Assembly (NCBI GenBank): GCA_951406725.2
Contig: OX597829.1
Coordinates: 18,414,001 to 18,478,000 of the forward strand
Source: Octopus vulgaris
Taxonomy: Eukaryota
DNA length: 64,000 nt
Direction of reading: 5' to 3'
Position 1 is the stretch's first letter, and the number at the start of each line of letters is the position of its first letter. The notes beneath the pieces were generated by a model. That model had not been told where the DNA came from. It ran no database searches and worked only from the letters and a program-made list of their open reading frames with translations. Of the stretch, positions 12,759 through 23,747 are shown piece after piece. Position numbers and translations under genes: made by a program.

Positions 12759-15093
12759 CCCACAATATAGACTGGTAGTTAGTGACTTTAGGATCAGGAC
12801 TAGGAGGACAACTAGAAGACGACAAATATGGAGAAGAAGGATCTGGAAGCTTAAAGATCCTGCAAATGGACAGAGATTTAGGGACATATTACTTGAAGCC
12901 TCTGACGAAGTAGAAGGGGATAGAGCATCACAGGGGGTAGAAGACAGCTGGACGTTTCTAAGGGACAACCTGCTGAGAGCCACTGACCAGATCTGTGGCT
13001 GGTGCAAAGTCCCCTCTCGACCTAGAATAACGTGGTGGTGGAACAATATTGTAGACAGGGCTATTAGAGAAAAGAGACAGGCTTGGAAGGTCTGGAAAAA
13101 TGGGGGTAGCAGGGAATTGTATCAGACTGCCAAAAGAGAAACTAGGAGACAGGTTTATTTAGCCAGAGGGGAAGCAGATAAGAAAAAATTTGCCAATGTT
13201 CTGCGCCGTGAGGACCAAAGACTGGAGGTGTTTCGCGTTGCAAGACAGTGTGTGAGAGAGAATCGTGATGTGGTAGGAGAGAAGTGTGTTTGCATGGAAG
13301 ATGGTTCACTTGCGCTAAATGAGGATGCAAAGAGAGAGGTTTGGAGATGCCACTATGAAAGGTTGCTGAATGAAGAAAATGAATGGGATAAAGAGAGTCT
13401 GCCGAATGTTGACCCAACAGAGGGACCAGCTATCCGAGTTGATAGTTCCGTGGTAGCTAAGGAAATTAGAAGCATGAAGACAGGAAAAGCCCCAGGCCCA
13501 TCAGGAATCACTGCAGAGATGCTCAAAATGTCTGGTAGTGTCGGCTATAGCCTAGTCACCCGTATAGTTAATCAGGTGATACACAAAGGAGTCATACCCA
13601 ATGACTGGTGTAGCAGTATAATAGTCAACTGCTACAAAGGTAAAGGTGATGCCCTAGATACAAATAACTACAGAGGTATCAAGCTGTTGGATCAGGTGAT
13701 GAAGGTTACGGAGAGGGTCATAGCCCAACTAATTAGAGAGAGAGTTAGTTTAGATGAGATGCAGTTTGGGTTTGTGCCAGGGAAAAGTACTACTGATGCT
13801 ATATTCCTGGTAAGGCAGCTGCAGGAGAAATACCTAGCCAAAGATAAGCCCCTGTACCTGGCTTTTGTTGACATGGAGAAAGCCTTCGACAGGGTCCCCC
13901 GATCCCTTATCTGGTGGGCAATGAGGAAACTAGGGATAGATGAATGGTTAGTGAGAGCTGTGCGGGCCATGTATAGGGACGCTGCTAGTAGGGTGAGGGT
14001 TGGAAATGAGTACAGTGAAGAATTCCGGGTAGAGGTAGGGGTCCACCAAGGCTCAGTACTCAGCCCCCTCCTATTTATCATAGTCCTCCAGGCAATAACG
14101 GAGGAATTCAAGACAGGATGCCCTTGGGAGCTCCTCTATGCTGATGACCTTGCTCTAATTGCTGAGTCGCTATCAGAACTGGAGGAGAAGTTTCAGGTGT
14201 GGAAACAAGGATTAGAATCGAAGGGCCTCAGAGTCAATCTAGCTAAAACCAAAGTCGTAATCAGTAGGAAGGTAGACAAATCACAAACGCCTTCAGGTAG
14301 ATGGCCCTGCTCGATCTGTAGAAAAGGTGTAGGTAGAAACTCTATAAGATGCACCAAGTGTAAGCTATGGACACATAAGAGATGCAGCAATGTCAAAGGA
14401 AGGCTAACTAGGAAGATGGTTTTTGTATGTGGCAGATGCTCAGGAACAATAAACACTGAAAATGCTCTGAGACCAACTTGCGTCACTTTCCAGGGAGAAA
14501 AACTAGAAATAGTTGATAGTTTCTGTTACCTAGGTGACCAAGTCAGCAGCGGGGGCGGGTGTGCTGAAAGTGTAACTGCTAGAGTAAGAATAGCTTGGGC
14601 AAAGTTCAGAGAGCTCTTACCTCTGCTGGTGACAAAAGGCCTCTCGCACAGAGTGAAAGGCAGACTGTATGATGCGTGTGTACGAACAGCCATGCTACAT
14701 GGCAGTGAAACATGGGCCGTGACTGCTGAGGATATGCGTAAGCTCACAAGAAATGAAGCCAGTATGCTCCGATGGATGTGTAATGTCGGTACTCACACTC
14801 GGCAGAGTGTAAGTACCTTGAGAGAAAAGCTGGACCTAAGAAGCATCAGTTGTGGTGTGCAAGAGAGACGTTTGCGCTGGTATGGTCATGTGGCGAGAAT
14901 GGATGAAGATAGGTGTGTGAAAAAGTGCCACACCCTAGCGGTTGAGGGAACCTGTGGAAGAGGCAGACCCAGGAAAACCTGGGACGAGGTGATGAAGCAC
15001 GACCTTCGAACTTTAGGTCTCACTGAGGAAATGACTAGAGACCGAGACCTCTGGAAGTGTGCTGTGCGCGAGAAGACCCGGCAGGACAAGTGA
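12754..15093 (+). CDS. LINE ORF (partial): end of APE endonuclease, reverse transcriptase with inserted PHD finger, RTE C-terminus
   Basis: QYRLVVSD (APE end), GKAPGPSG, NYRGIKLL, QFGF, FVDMEKAFD, GVHQGSVLSPLLF, YADD (14137-14148), NLAKTK, FCYLG, RLRWYGHV, GRGRPRKTW; the N-terminal MCVCIY.. of the ORF track is microsatellite. Confidence 0.93.
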
Positions 15094-15690
15094 GTCCATA
15101 ACCCGTGGCCTTCTACATGGGATGGCGCCAGCCTACGTATGCATACCTTCCCTTCTTGGGACACAAAACTCTACTTGTGAAGACGTGTTGAGGCAAGTGA
15201 GGATCAGAATCGAAATCGATCAATGGAAATTGCGGATGTGTTACCAGTGCCGGTGGCATGTCGAAACTCTACTTGTGAAGACCCGTTGAGGCAAGTGAGG
15301 ATCAGAATTGAAATCGATCAATGGAAATTGCAGATGTGTTACCAGTGCCGGTGGCATGTAAGAGAACCTTCCGTTTCGCGACCGTTGCCAGCACCGCCCC
15401 GTTTCGTGTCCGTTGCCAGCCTCACCTGGCCCTCGTGTCGGTGGCACATAAAAAGCACCATCCGTTCGTGGCCGTTTGCCAGCTCTGTCTGGCACCAGTG
15501 CGGGTGGCACGTAAAAAGCACCCACTACACTCACAAAGTGGTTGGCGTTAGGAAGGGCATCCAGTCGTAGAAACACTGCCAGATTTGACTGGGCCTGATG
15601 AAGCCTTCTGGCTTCACAGACCCCAGTAGAACCGTCCAACCCATGCTAGCATGGAAAGCGGACGCTAAACGATGATGATGATGATGATGA
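12754..15690 (+). mobile_element. RTE-clade LINE, 5'-truncated, young
   Basis: Uninterrupted ORF, ~600-bp 3'UTR with an internal ~98-bp duplication (15165-15360), (GAT)n tail; inserted in (TA)n. Confidence 0.92.
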
Positions 15691-15699
15691 TATATATAT

Positions 15700-15920
15700 A
15701 CATTCAAAATGTGACCGCGTGTGTACCATTGGCGATTTTTTTCCTCCTTCTTCCCTTCTTTGGATCTTTCCTTTTCCTATGTTTCTGACGAAGAGCTCTG
15801 CTCAAAATGTTAAACCCTCCTTCTTTCCTTCTTTCCTGAGCATCCAATAATACTATACTTGTTCCATGTCCTCGCGTTGTTGTGTTTTCTCTTTGTGTTT
15901 TCATGTTTGGATTAACTTTA
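15700..15920 (+). mobile_element. Short Penelope-type element with decayed hammerhead (15781-15815)
   Basis: GTTTCTGACGAAGAGCTCTGCTCAAAATGTTAAAC: same as the 11640-11674 motif but GAAAC changed to AAAAT (two transitions at CpG sites). Confidence 0.6.
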
Positions 15921-15928
15921 TACACATA

Positions 15929-15968
<40 letters not shown>

Positions 15969-15969
<1 letters not shown>

Positions 15970-17032
15970 CATCATCATTTAACGTCCGCTTTCCATGCTA
16001 GCATGGGTTGGACGGTTCAACTGGGGTCTGGGGAGCCCAAAGGCTGCACCAGGCCAGTCAGATCTGGCAGTGTTTCTACAGCTGGATGCCCTTCCTAACG
16101 CCAACCACTCCGAGAGTGTAGTGGGTGGTTTTATGTGCCACCGACACAGGTGCCAGACGAGGCTGGCGAACGGCCACGCTCGGATGGTGTTTTTATGTGC
16201 CACCGACACAGGTGCCAGACGAGGCTGGCGAACGGCCACGCTCGGATGGTGTTTTTATGTGCCACCGACACAGGTGCCAGATGAGGCTGACGAACGGCCA
16301 CGATCGGATGGTGTTTCTTACGTGCCCACAGCACGGAGGCCAGTCGATGTGGTACTGGCTACGGCCACGTTCGGATGGTTTACTTGTGTGCCACCGGCAC
16401 TGGTACCACAAAGATACAAATTCCATTGATGTTCATCTATTTTGATTTGATTTGATTTTCACTTGCCTCAAGAAGGAAGGAAGGTATGCACAGGTGAACT
16501 GACAACGTCCCAGGTAGGGGCCACGGGTTATGGCCTGACTAGTCTTGCCGGGTCTTCGGATGATGTTTTTATGTGTCTCCGACACAGGTGCCAGATGGAT
16601 GGTGTTTGTTACGTGCCCACAGCACGGAGGCCAGTCGATGCGGTACTGGCTACGGCCACGTTCGGATGGTTTTCTTGTGTGCCACCGGCACTGGTACCAC
16701 AAAGATACAAATTCCATTGATGTTCAGCTATTTTGATTTGATTTGATTTGATTTGATCACTTGTCTCAACAGGTCTTCACAAGTGTCACAAGAAGGAAGG
16801 TATGCACAGGTGCACTGACTACGTCCCAAGTAGAGGCCACGGGTTATGTCCTGACTAGTCTTGCCGGGTCTTCGGATGGTGTTTTTATGTGCCACCGACA
16901 CAGGTGCCAGATGAGGCTGGCGAACAGCCACGATCGGATGGTGTTTGTTACGAGCCCACAGCACAGAGGCCAGTCGATGCGGTACTGGCTACGGCCATGT
17001 TCGGATGGTTATGGCCGTAGCCAGTACCGCAT
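15969..17032 (-). mobile_element. Composite of three partial RTE 3'UTR copies with 62-bp internal tandem repeats
   Basis: (CAT)n tail at left; ~62-bp unit x3 at 16129-16315; blocks repeated at ~16565-16880 and ~16880-17010. Confidence 0.8.
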
Positions 17033-17038
17033 ATATAT

Positions 17039-17229
17039 ATATAATCCAAATTTTATAGTATTAAGTATCCATCATGGCTGGTCTTACCAATTGGTTTTTC
17101 GTAAAGAATTCAATGAAGTATTAGGTAGCAATCCAATTATATAACTCTACGCTTATCAGAGATAGCTGATATAGAAGGAAATATGGCCAGCCATGATGGA
17201 TACTTAATACTATAATATTCAGATTATAT
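17039..17229. mobile_element. Penelope-type inverted-repeat element with decayed hammerhead in the spacer
   Basis: Arms TATAGTATTAAGTATCCATCATGGCTGG / CCAGCCATGATGGATACTTAATACTATA; minus strand 17162-17082 reads TCT-CTGATAA-GCGTAGAG...CTTTACGA-AAAAC-CAATTG-GTA-AGA. Confidence 0.5.
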
Positions 17230-17290
17230 TCCCAGACAGCTGTACGAGTGCATCTTCTCCCTGACTTTTGTTCTCTTAGATAACTCACAC

Positions 17291-17510
17291 ACATCATCAT
17301 CATCATCATTTTACGTCTGTTGTCCATGCTGGCATGGGTTGGATGGTTTGACTAGGCTGGCAAGCTGGAAGGCTGCACAAGACTCCAGTCTGATTTGGCA
17401 TCGTTTTCTACAGCTGGATGCTCTTCCTAATGCAAACCACTCCAAGAGTGTCATGGGTGCTTTTACATGTCACCAGCACAGGTGTCATTTACATGACACC
17501 AGGCTGCTTT
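17291..17510 (-). mobile_element. RTE 3' tail copy (older)
   Basis: (CAT)n plus GCTGGATGCTCTTCCTAATGC. Confidence 0.7.
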
Positions 17511-17714
17511 TATGTGTTGCTGGTTCTCACATTTTCCGGCCTTCTCTTCTTGCTCACCTTTCCTCCTCTTTCACTTCACTCTGTTCCTTTTATTTTTTTT
17601 TTTGCCCCCTCCTTAATTCTTCTGTTCCCTCTGCCTCTACAACTTTCTCTTTTCTCTACCCATGTGACTGGTGTTCGGCCAAGCCTGACCTTTCTTTCTT
17701 GGTTCAACTACCAT

Positions 17715-20187
17715 CCTGAGATGAGAAAAATCTCAGGCAGTGTGGGATACAGCCTAATCACTTGCATAGTTAATCAGGTTATCCCTAATGATTGGTATTA
17801 TAGCTAACTGCTACAAAAGTTAAAGGTGATGCCTTCAATAGAAGCAACTACAAAGATATCAAACTGCTGGACCAGGTCATGACAGTTACAGAGAGAGAGA
17901 GTTATAGCTCAATTGATAAGGAATAGAATTAAACTAGATGAGATGCAGCATGGTTTTGTACCTATGAAGATTACTACAGATGCCATCTTCGTAGTGAGAC
18001 AGCCAAAGGAAAAGTATTCGGCCATAAGTAAGCCACTGTACTTAGTTTTCGTCGACCTGGAGAAAGCTTTCGACAGAGTCTCATGCCCTATTATATGGTA
18101 GTCTCTAAGGAATCTAGAAGTATAGTGTGGCTTGTTAAAGCCATACAAACTACGTACAGGGGTGTTGTTAGTGAGGTGTGAGTCAGCCATGAATACAGTG
18201 ATAAATTTAGTCTACAAGTAGGGGTTCACCAGGGCTCAGATCTTAGTCCACTCCTATTCATCATAATCCTCCAGGCCATAACAATAATTCAAAACTGGAT
18301 GCCCATGAGAACTACTCTATGCTGATGACCTGACTGTTATTGCAGAATTTGTAGTAGAATGGAGAATAAGTTCAAGGTATGGAAGCAAAACCTGGAATCA
18401 AAGAGATTTAAAGCTAACCTAGATAAGACCAAAGTTGTTGTTAGTAAGAAAGGAGATAAAACTCTCTTTCTTATTTCTTTATTGCTCACAAGGGGCTAAA
18501 CATAGAGGGGACAAACAAGGACAAACAAAGGGATTAAGTCAATTACATCGACCCCAGTGCGTGACTGACTGGTACTTATTTAATTGACCCCGAAAGGATG
18601 AAAGGCAAAGTTGACCTCGGCGGAATTTGAACTCAGAACGTAGCGGCAGACGAAATACCCATTTCTTTACTACCCACTAGGGGCTAAACATAGAGGGGAC
18701 AAACAAGGACACACAAACGGATTAAGTCAATTACATCGACCCCAGTGCGTGACTGACTGGTACTTAATTTATCGACCCCGAAAGGATGAAAGGCAAAGCC
18801 GACCTCGGCGGAATTTGAACTCAGAACGTAGCGGCAGACGAAATACCGCTAAGCATTTCGCCCGGCGTGCTAACGTTTCTGCCAGCTTGCCGCCTCTTTC
18901 TGTCAGGTAAATGGCCCTGCTCAATTTGTAGGAAAGAAGTGGGGGGGTGTAATTCCATTCCTTAAACTAAATGTAATCTATGGACACATAAGAGATGCAG
19001 AGGAATCACTGGTAGATTAACAGATAAAGTTACCTTTGTGTGTGGCAGATATGCAGGAACAATAAGCACTAAGCGTGCATGGGATTTAGACTCTCTCAAA
19101 TATCTTGAGGCAGTTGATAGTTTCTGTTACCCAGGTGACCAAATTAGTAATGGGGGTGGATGCTCTAAAAATATTGTCTCTAGAATAAGAATAGGATGGA
19201 GGAAGTTCAGAGAGCTACTACCTCTGTTGGCAACAAATGGATTCTCTCTGAGAGTGAAAGATAGATTGTATGATGCTTATGTATGATCAACTATACTCCA
19301 TGGTAGTGAGACATGGGCTCTGAAAACAGAGGACATGCCTAGACTAGAGAGGACTGAAGGCAGTAATCTTTGCTGGATGTGTAGCATCAATGTGCATAAA
19401 CAACAAAATGCAAATGTATTGAGAGAAAATTGGGTATAAGAGGAATCAAATCCAGCATGCAAGAGAATAGACTTTGTTGGTTTGGACATGTGATGCGTAT
19501 GAATGAAGAAGTGCCAATCACTGAAAGCGGATGGTACCTTTGGAAGAGGGAGACCCAGGAAGACATGGGATGTAGTGGTGAAGACATGATTTCGGAATGC
19601 TGGGATTCACAGAGGAAATGGCAATGGACCAAGACATTTGGCAACATGAGATTCTGGAGAAGACCCACCCACGTCAGTGAACCTAAGTACTAGAAGCGTT
19701 GTGTTCCACCCACACATGACAATAAAATTTTCACAAACTTTACTGCAACAAACCAAACTACATCTCTACTTTCCCAAAACTGTTTCTCTTCTCTTCCTCA
19801 CATTTCCTCTTCATACATTATGATTATCTTCCACTCCTCAATCCAGTTCTCACTACCCTGCTCACTGTACCATTGCTTCCTCTCATCTCCTTCCCCACTA
19901 TATACCCAGATTATTACCAGTCACACTCATGACCCCCACTCCCTACTCATGACTTCTTGGCAATACCCTGTCAGAACCCTCCACCTTTCATCTCTTTCTT
20001 CCTTACTCTACCATCCCATCTATACTTTGATCTCCATTCCCTGTGAGTATACCCTGGCACTTGCCACCATCCCCCCTCCTGCTCTTGCTGTCTCCTAATC
20101 TCTCACTCTTGCCCTTGCTCTTCCCTCTTGCTGAGTAATCCCGTTTCTCCTCTACAGTAACAAACCTGTTTCTGCCCTTGTTCTTGA

Positions 20188-20224
<37 letters not shown>

Positions 20225-20848
20225 ACTTCTCTTGCTCTTACCTCTGGCTTGGTAACCATGTATCTCCTTTACAGCAGCACATCTCTTTCTTGTTAACTCC
20301 CCTTCTCTCTCCAGGTAACCATGTCCATCTTCAGCAGCACACCTGTTTCTGGTTTCATTCCTATTAACTCTTATTCTCTTGCCCTTTCTTTCTCTCCTTC
20401 TCCTCCTCTCCCTCTCTTCTTCTCCCCTCTCTCTCTCTCTTTCTCTCTTTCTCTCTAAATGCTTAACCATGTACCTCCTATATAGCAAGACATCTGTTCC
20501 AATCTCTCTGTCACACTCTAACCTTTCATCATCTGACACAAGATAACCTCCTTCAATGCTCACTCCCCTCTCAAAGATCCCTTGTCTAGCAAACTTACTT
20601 GGTGACCCTACCAAGTCCACACTGTACAGTGGTTGGCATTTGGAAGGGCATCAAGCTGTAAAAACCATACCAAAACTGACCTCACCTGTGCTTGCTTGTG
20701 TCATGTAAAAGCACCCAGCACATTCTGTAAAGTGGTTGGTGTTATGAAGGACATACAGCCTTAAAAATCAATACCAAAACAGACACAGAAGTCTGGTGCA
20801 GGCTCCTGCCTGGCTGGCTTCTGTGAAACCGTCCAATCCATCCCAGCA

Positions 20849-20885
<37 letters not shown>
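17715..20885 (+). pseudogene. Decayed RTE LINE (RT + PHD + C-terminus to ~19680; CT-rich 3' region; tail at 20600-20885)
   Basis: LDEMQHGFVP, FVDLEKAFDRV, YADD, WPCSICRK, VDSFCYPG, RLCWFGHV with many stops and frameshifts. Confidence 0.85.
18468..18895 (-). mobile_element. SINE family B head-to-tail dimer inserted in the decayed LINE
   Basis: Two consecutive copies; flanking CTCTTTCT duplication; LINE sequence resumes after it. Confidence 0.85.
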
Positions 20886-20886
<1 letters not shown>

Positions 20887-20899
20887 ATACGTATATAGT

Positions 20900-21105
20900 T
20901 CAAATTTACTGAAAACAAAAGACAAAGACAGGTGAAGAAACAACAAGCAGGTGTATTAGTTTAATGCTCAGGAAGAATGGAAAAGTCTTTGATGTTTTGA
21001 ACCTATGCCCTTTAACAGAATGGACTGAGAGTGAGTAAAATTGAGAGGGAATGGGAGAAAAAACACAGAGAGAGTAAAAATGTGAAGAGATTAACAGTTT
21101 CACAT
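20900..21105 (-). mobile_element. Short Penelope-type element, hammerhead decayed (20987-21021)
   Basis: Homologous to 21647-21840 and 41843-42020; minus strand CTGTTAA-AGGGC-ATAG-GTTC-AAAAC-ATC-AAAG. Confidence 0.5.
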
Positions 21106-21119
21106 GAAATATATATATA

Positions 21120-21606
21120 TATAAATTAATAATAAAATATTAGGGAATAAATCCAAACTTACAGGGAAAAATCAGATTTAGGATTGAATTCAATTTTATA
21201 GTAAAACATTATGTTATATTAAATTAGAGATAAAACCACTATTAGGCAAATCAAACAATAAAAAACTTAAGCCAATACATAAAATTAATTAATTTATATT
21301 ATTTTAAATATATATCAAAAGTATTAAAAGTTTAATAAAAGATAATGAGTAAAACACTACAATCGTTTCATGGCTGTCCAATTCGTAATAATTCGAGCTA
21401 TGTTTACAGTCAATCTTCAGGTAACTGAAATATTTATCTTAGCGAGGTTTAGCAATGAAACGATCGTAGTGTTTTACTCATTATCTTTTATTAAACTTTT
21501 CATACTTTTGATATATATTTAAAATAATATAAATAAATTAATTTTATGTATTGGCTTAAGTTTTTCATTGTTTGATTTGCCTAATAGTGGTTTTATCTCT
21601 AATTTA

Positions 21607-21614
<8 letters not shown>
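21120..21614. mobile_element. Penelope-type element with 158-bp inverted repeat and hammerhead motif
   Basis: Arms 21214-21371 and 21455-21612 near-perfect; minus strand 21423-21355 reads TAC-CTGAAGA-TTGACTGT...ACAGCCAT-GAAAC-GATT-GTA-GTG. Confidence 0.65.
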
Positions 21615-21646
<32 letters not shown>

Positions 21647-21840
21647 GGGAAGCTTTACGAAAATAAACAAAAGACGAAGGCAGGTGGAGTACAAACAAAC
21701 AGTTGTATTAGTATGGCGCTCAGGATTAGAAATAAAACAAGTCTTTTACGTTTCGAGCCTACGCTCTTCAACAAAAAGATACACAGAAAAGAAACACGGA
21801 GAGAAACAAGGAGAGAAAAAAAATGCGCGCAGGAGCTAAT
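21647..21840 (-). mobile_element. Short Penelope-type element with variant hammerhead (21743-21778)
   Basis: CTTT-TTGTTGA-A-GAGC-GTAG-GCTC-GAAAC-GTA-AAAG; flanked by (TA)n. Confidence 0.55.
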
Positions 21841-22014
21841 ATATATATATGTGTAGTTTACTGTTCCACTAAGGTAGGATCAACAAAAATGTATCCCATT
21901 CAGTGAAAGATAAATATCATTTAATGTACATTGTGTTGAAGTAAGAGCTACTAACCATGTATCGCAATGGCAAGAAACTATTTGTAGGTCTTATTTTAAT
22001 ACAGTGTGTACTAG

Positions 22015-22073
<59 letters not shown>

Positions 22074-22399
22074 TGTGTGTGTATTATGTTGGCTAGAAAA
22101 TAAATTTGTTTTTCACAAAAAGAGTTACAATTTTTCTGAATGACTTTTGTCAATGTTATAATTTTTTTCCTTTTGACTTTTGATAGCTGTTACTTTTAGC
22201 ATACTTTAGAAGTAAATTGTGCATAATTTTGTTTACAACTGTTAGTTCAGTGTCAATTTTAATATGGAGTGCAAAAACGAACATTTTTCCATATTTTGCT
22301 TTTTTTTATATCCGTAAAGACAAGAATGCTGCTAAGGTTCACAAAAGAGATTCGTGAAGTTTATGGTGTTGATTGCTTAACAGAACGCCTATGTCAGAA

Positions 22400-22968
22400 A
22401 TCATCATCATCATCATCATCATCGTTTAACGTCCGTTCTCCATGCTAGCATGGGTTGGACGGTTCGACCGGGGATCTGGGAAGCCAGAAGGCTGCCCCAG
22501 GCTCCGGTCTTATCTGGCAATGTTTCTACAGCTGGATGCCCTTCCTAACGCCAACCACTCCGTGAGTGTAGTGGGTGCTTTTTACGTGCCACCTGCACTG
22601 GAGCCAGGCGAGGCTGGCATTGGCCATGGTCGGATTGGTGCATTTTACGTGCCACCGGCACGGAAGCCAGTCGAGGCGGCACTGGCTTCGGCCACGATTC
22701 GGATGGTGCTTTTTACGTGCCAGCGACACGGAAGCCAGTCGAGGTGGCGCTGGCATCGGCCACGATTCGGATAGTGCTTTTTACGTATCTCCAGTCCAGG
22801 GGTCCTGGCATCTGCCAGTCATAGGATTGGTTCAATTTCGATCTCGATTTCGATTTCGATTTCACTTGCCCCAACAGGTCTTCGCAAGCAAAGGGGGGTA
22901 GGCATAGGTGCCTGTCGTCGGATGAGGTTCGATATCGACTTCGCTTGCCTCAACAGGTCTTTGTGTGT
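22400..22968 (-). mobile_element. RTE 3'UTR copy inserted in the mariner
   Basis: Near reverse complement of 27470-27975. Confidence 0.85.
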
Positions 22969-23488
22969 CGGTTTTAAAAATTCCATTCTGGAGATTTTTC
23001 ACTCAAATGTCCTGGTTGATCTACTGAAGTTGATGATGACCGAATCAAAGCCATAATTGAACCTCGTTGTCATATAACTGTGTGAGAGGTTGCAGAGAAG
23101 TTAAATGTATCACATATAACGATTGAAAAATCACTTAAAATGTCTTGGATTCATTAAGAAGCTCGATATTTGGATTTCGCATAAATTAAAAGAGATTGAT
23201 ATCCACAATATAGCCCTGACCTTGCACCATCAGATTACCATTTATTTCAAAGTTTGCAAAATTCTTAGAATTGCAAAACTTTCAATAATGATGATAACCT
23301 GAAGTCACACCTGCTTCAGTTTTTTGGCTGATAGGGACCAGAAGTCCTATAAACACAGAACCATGAAGTTGCCAGAAAGATAGCAAAAGGTCATCAAACA
23401 AAATGGAAAACATACAATTGATTTAAGTTCATTCTTTGTATGAAAAATAAATTACTTTTATTTCACACTAAAAAACCGAAATTACTTT

Positions 23489-23722
23489 CTTATTTCTCTA
23501 TTGCCCACACGGGGCTAAACATAGAGGGGAAAAACAAGGACAGACAAAGGGATTAAGTCAATTACATCAACCCCAGTGCATAACTGGTACTTTATTTATC
23601 GACCCCAAAAGGATGAAAGGCAAAGTCGACCTTGGCAGAATTTGAACTCAGAACGTAAGGGTAGATGAAATACTGCTAAGCATTTTGCCCAGAGTGCTAA
23701 CGTTTCTGCCAGATCGCCACCT
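23489..23722 (-). mobile_element. SINE family B inserted in the mariner right TIR
   Basis: TACTTTCTT duplicated on both sides. Confidence 0.8.
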
Positions 23723-23747
23723 TAAAAGTACTTTCTTGCCAACCCAA

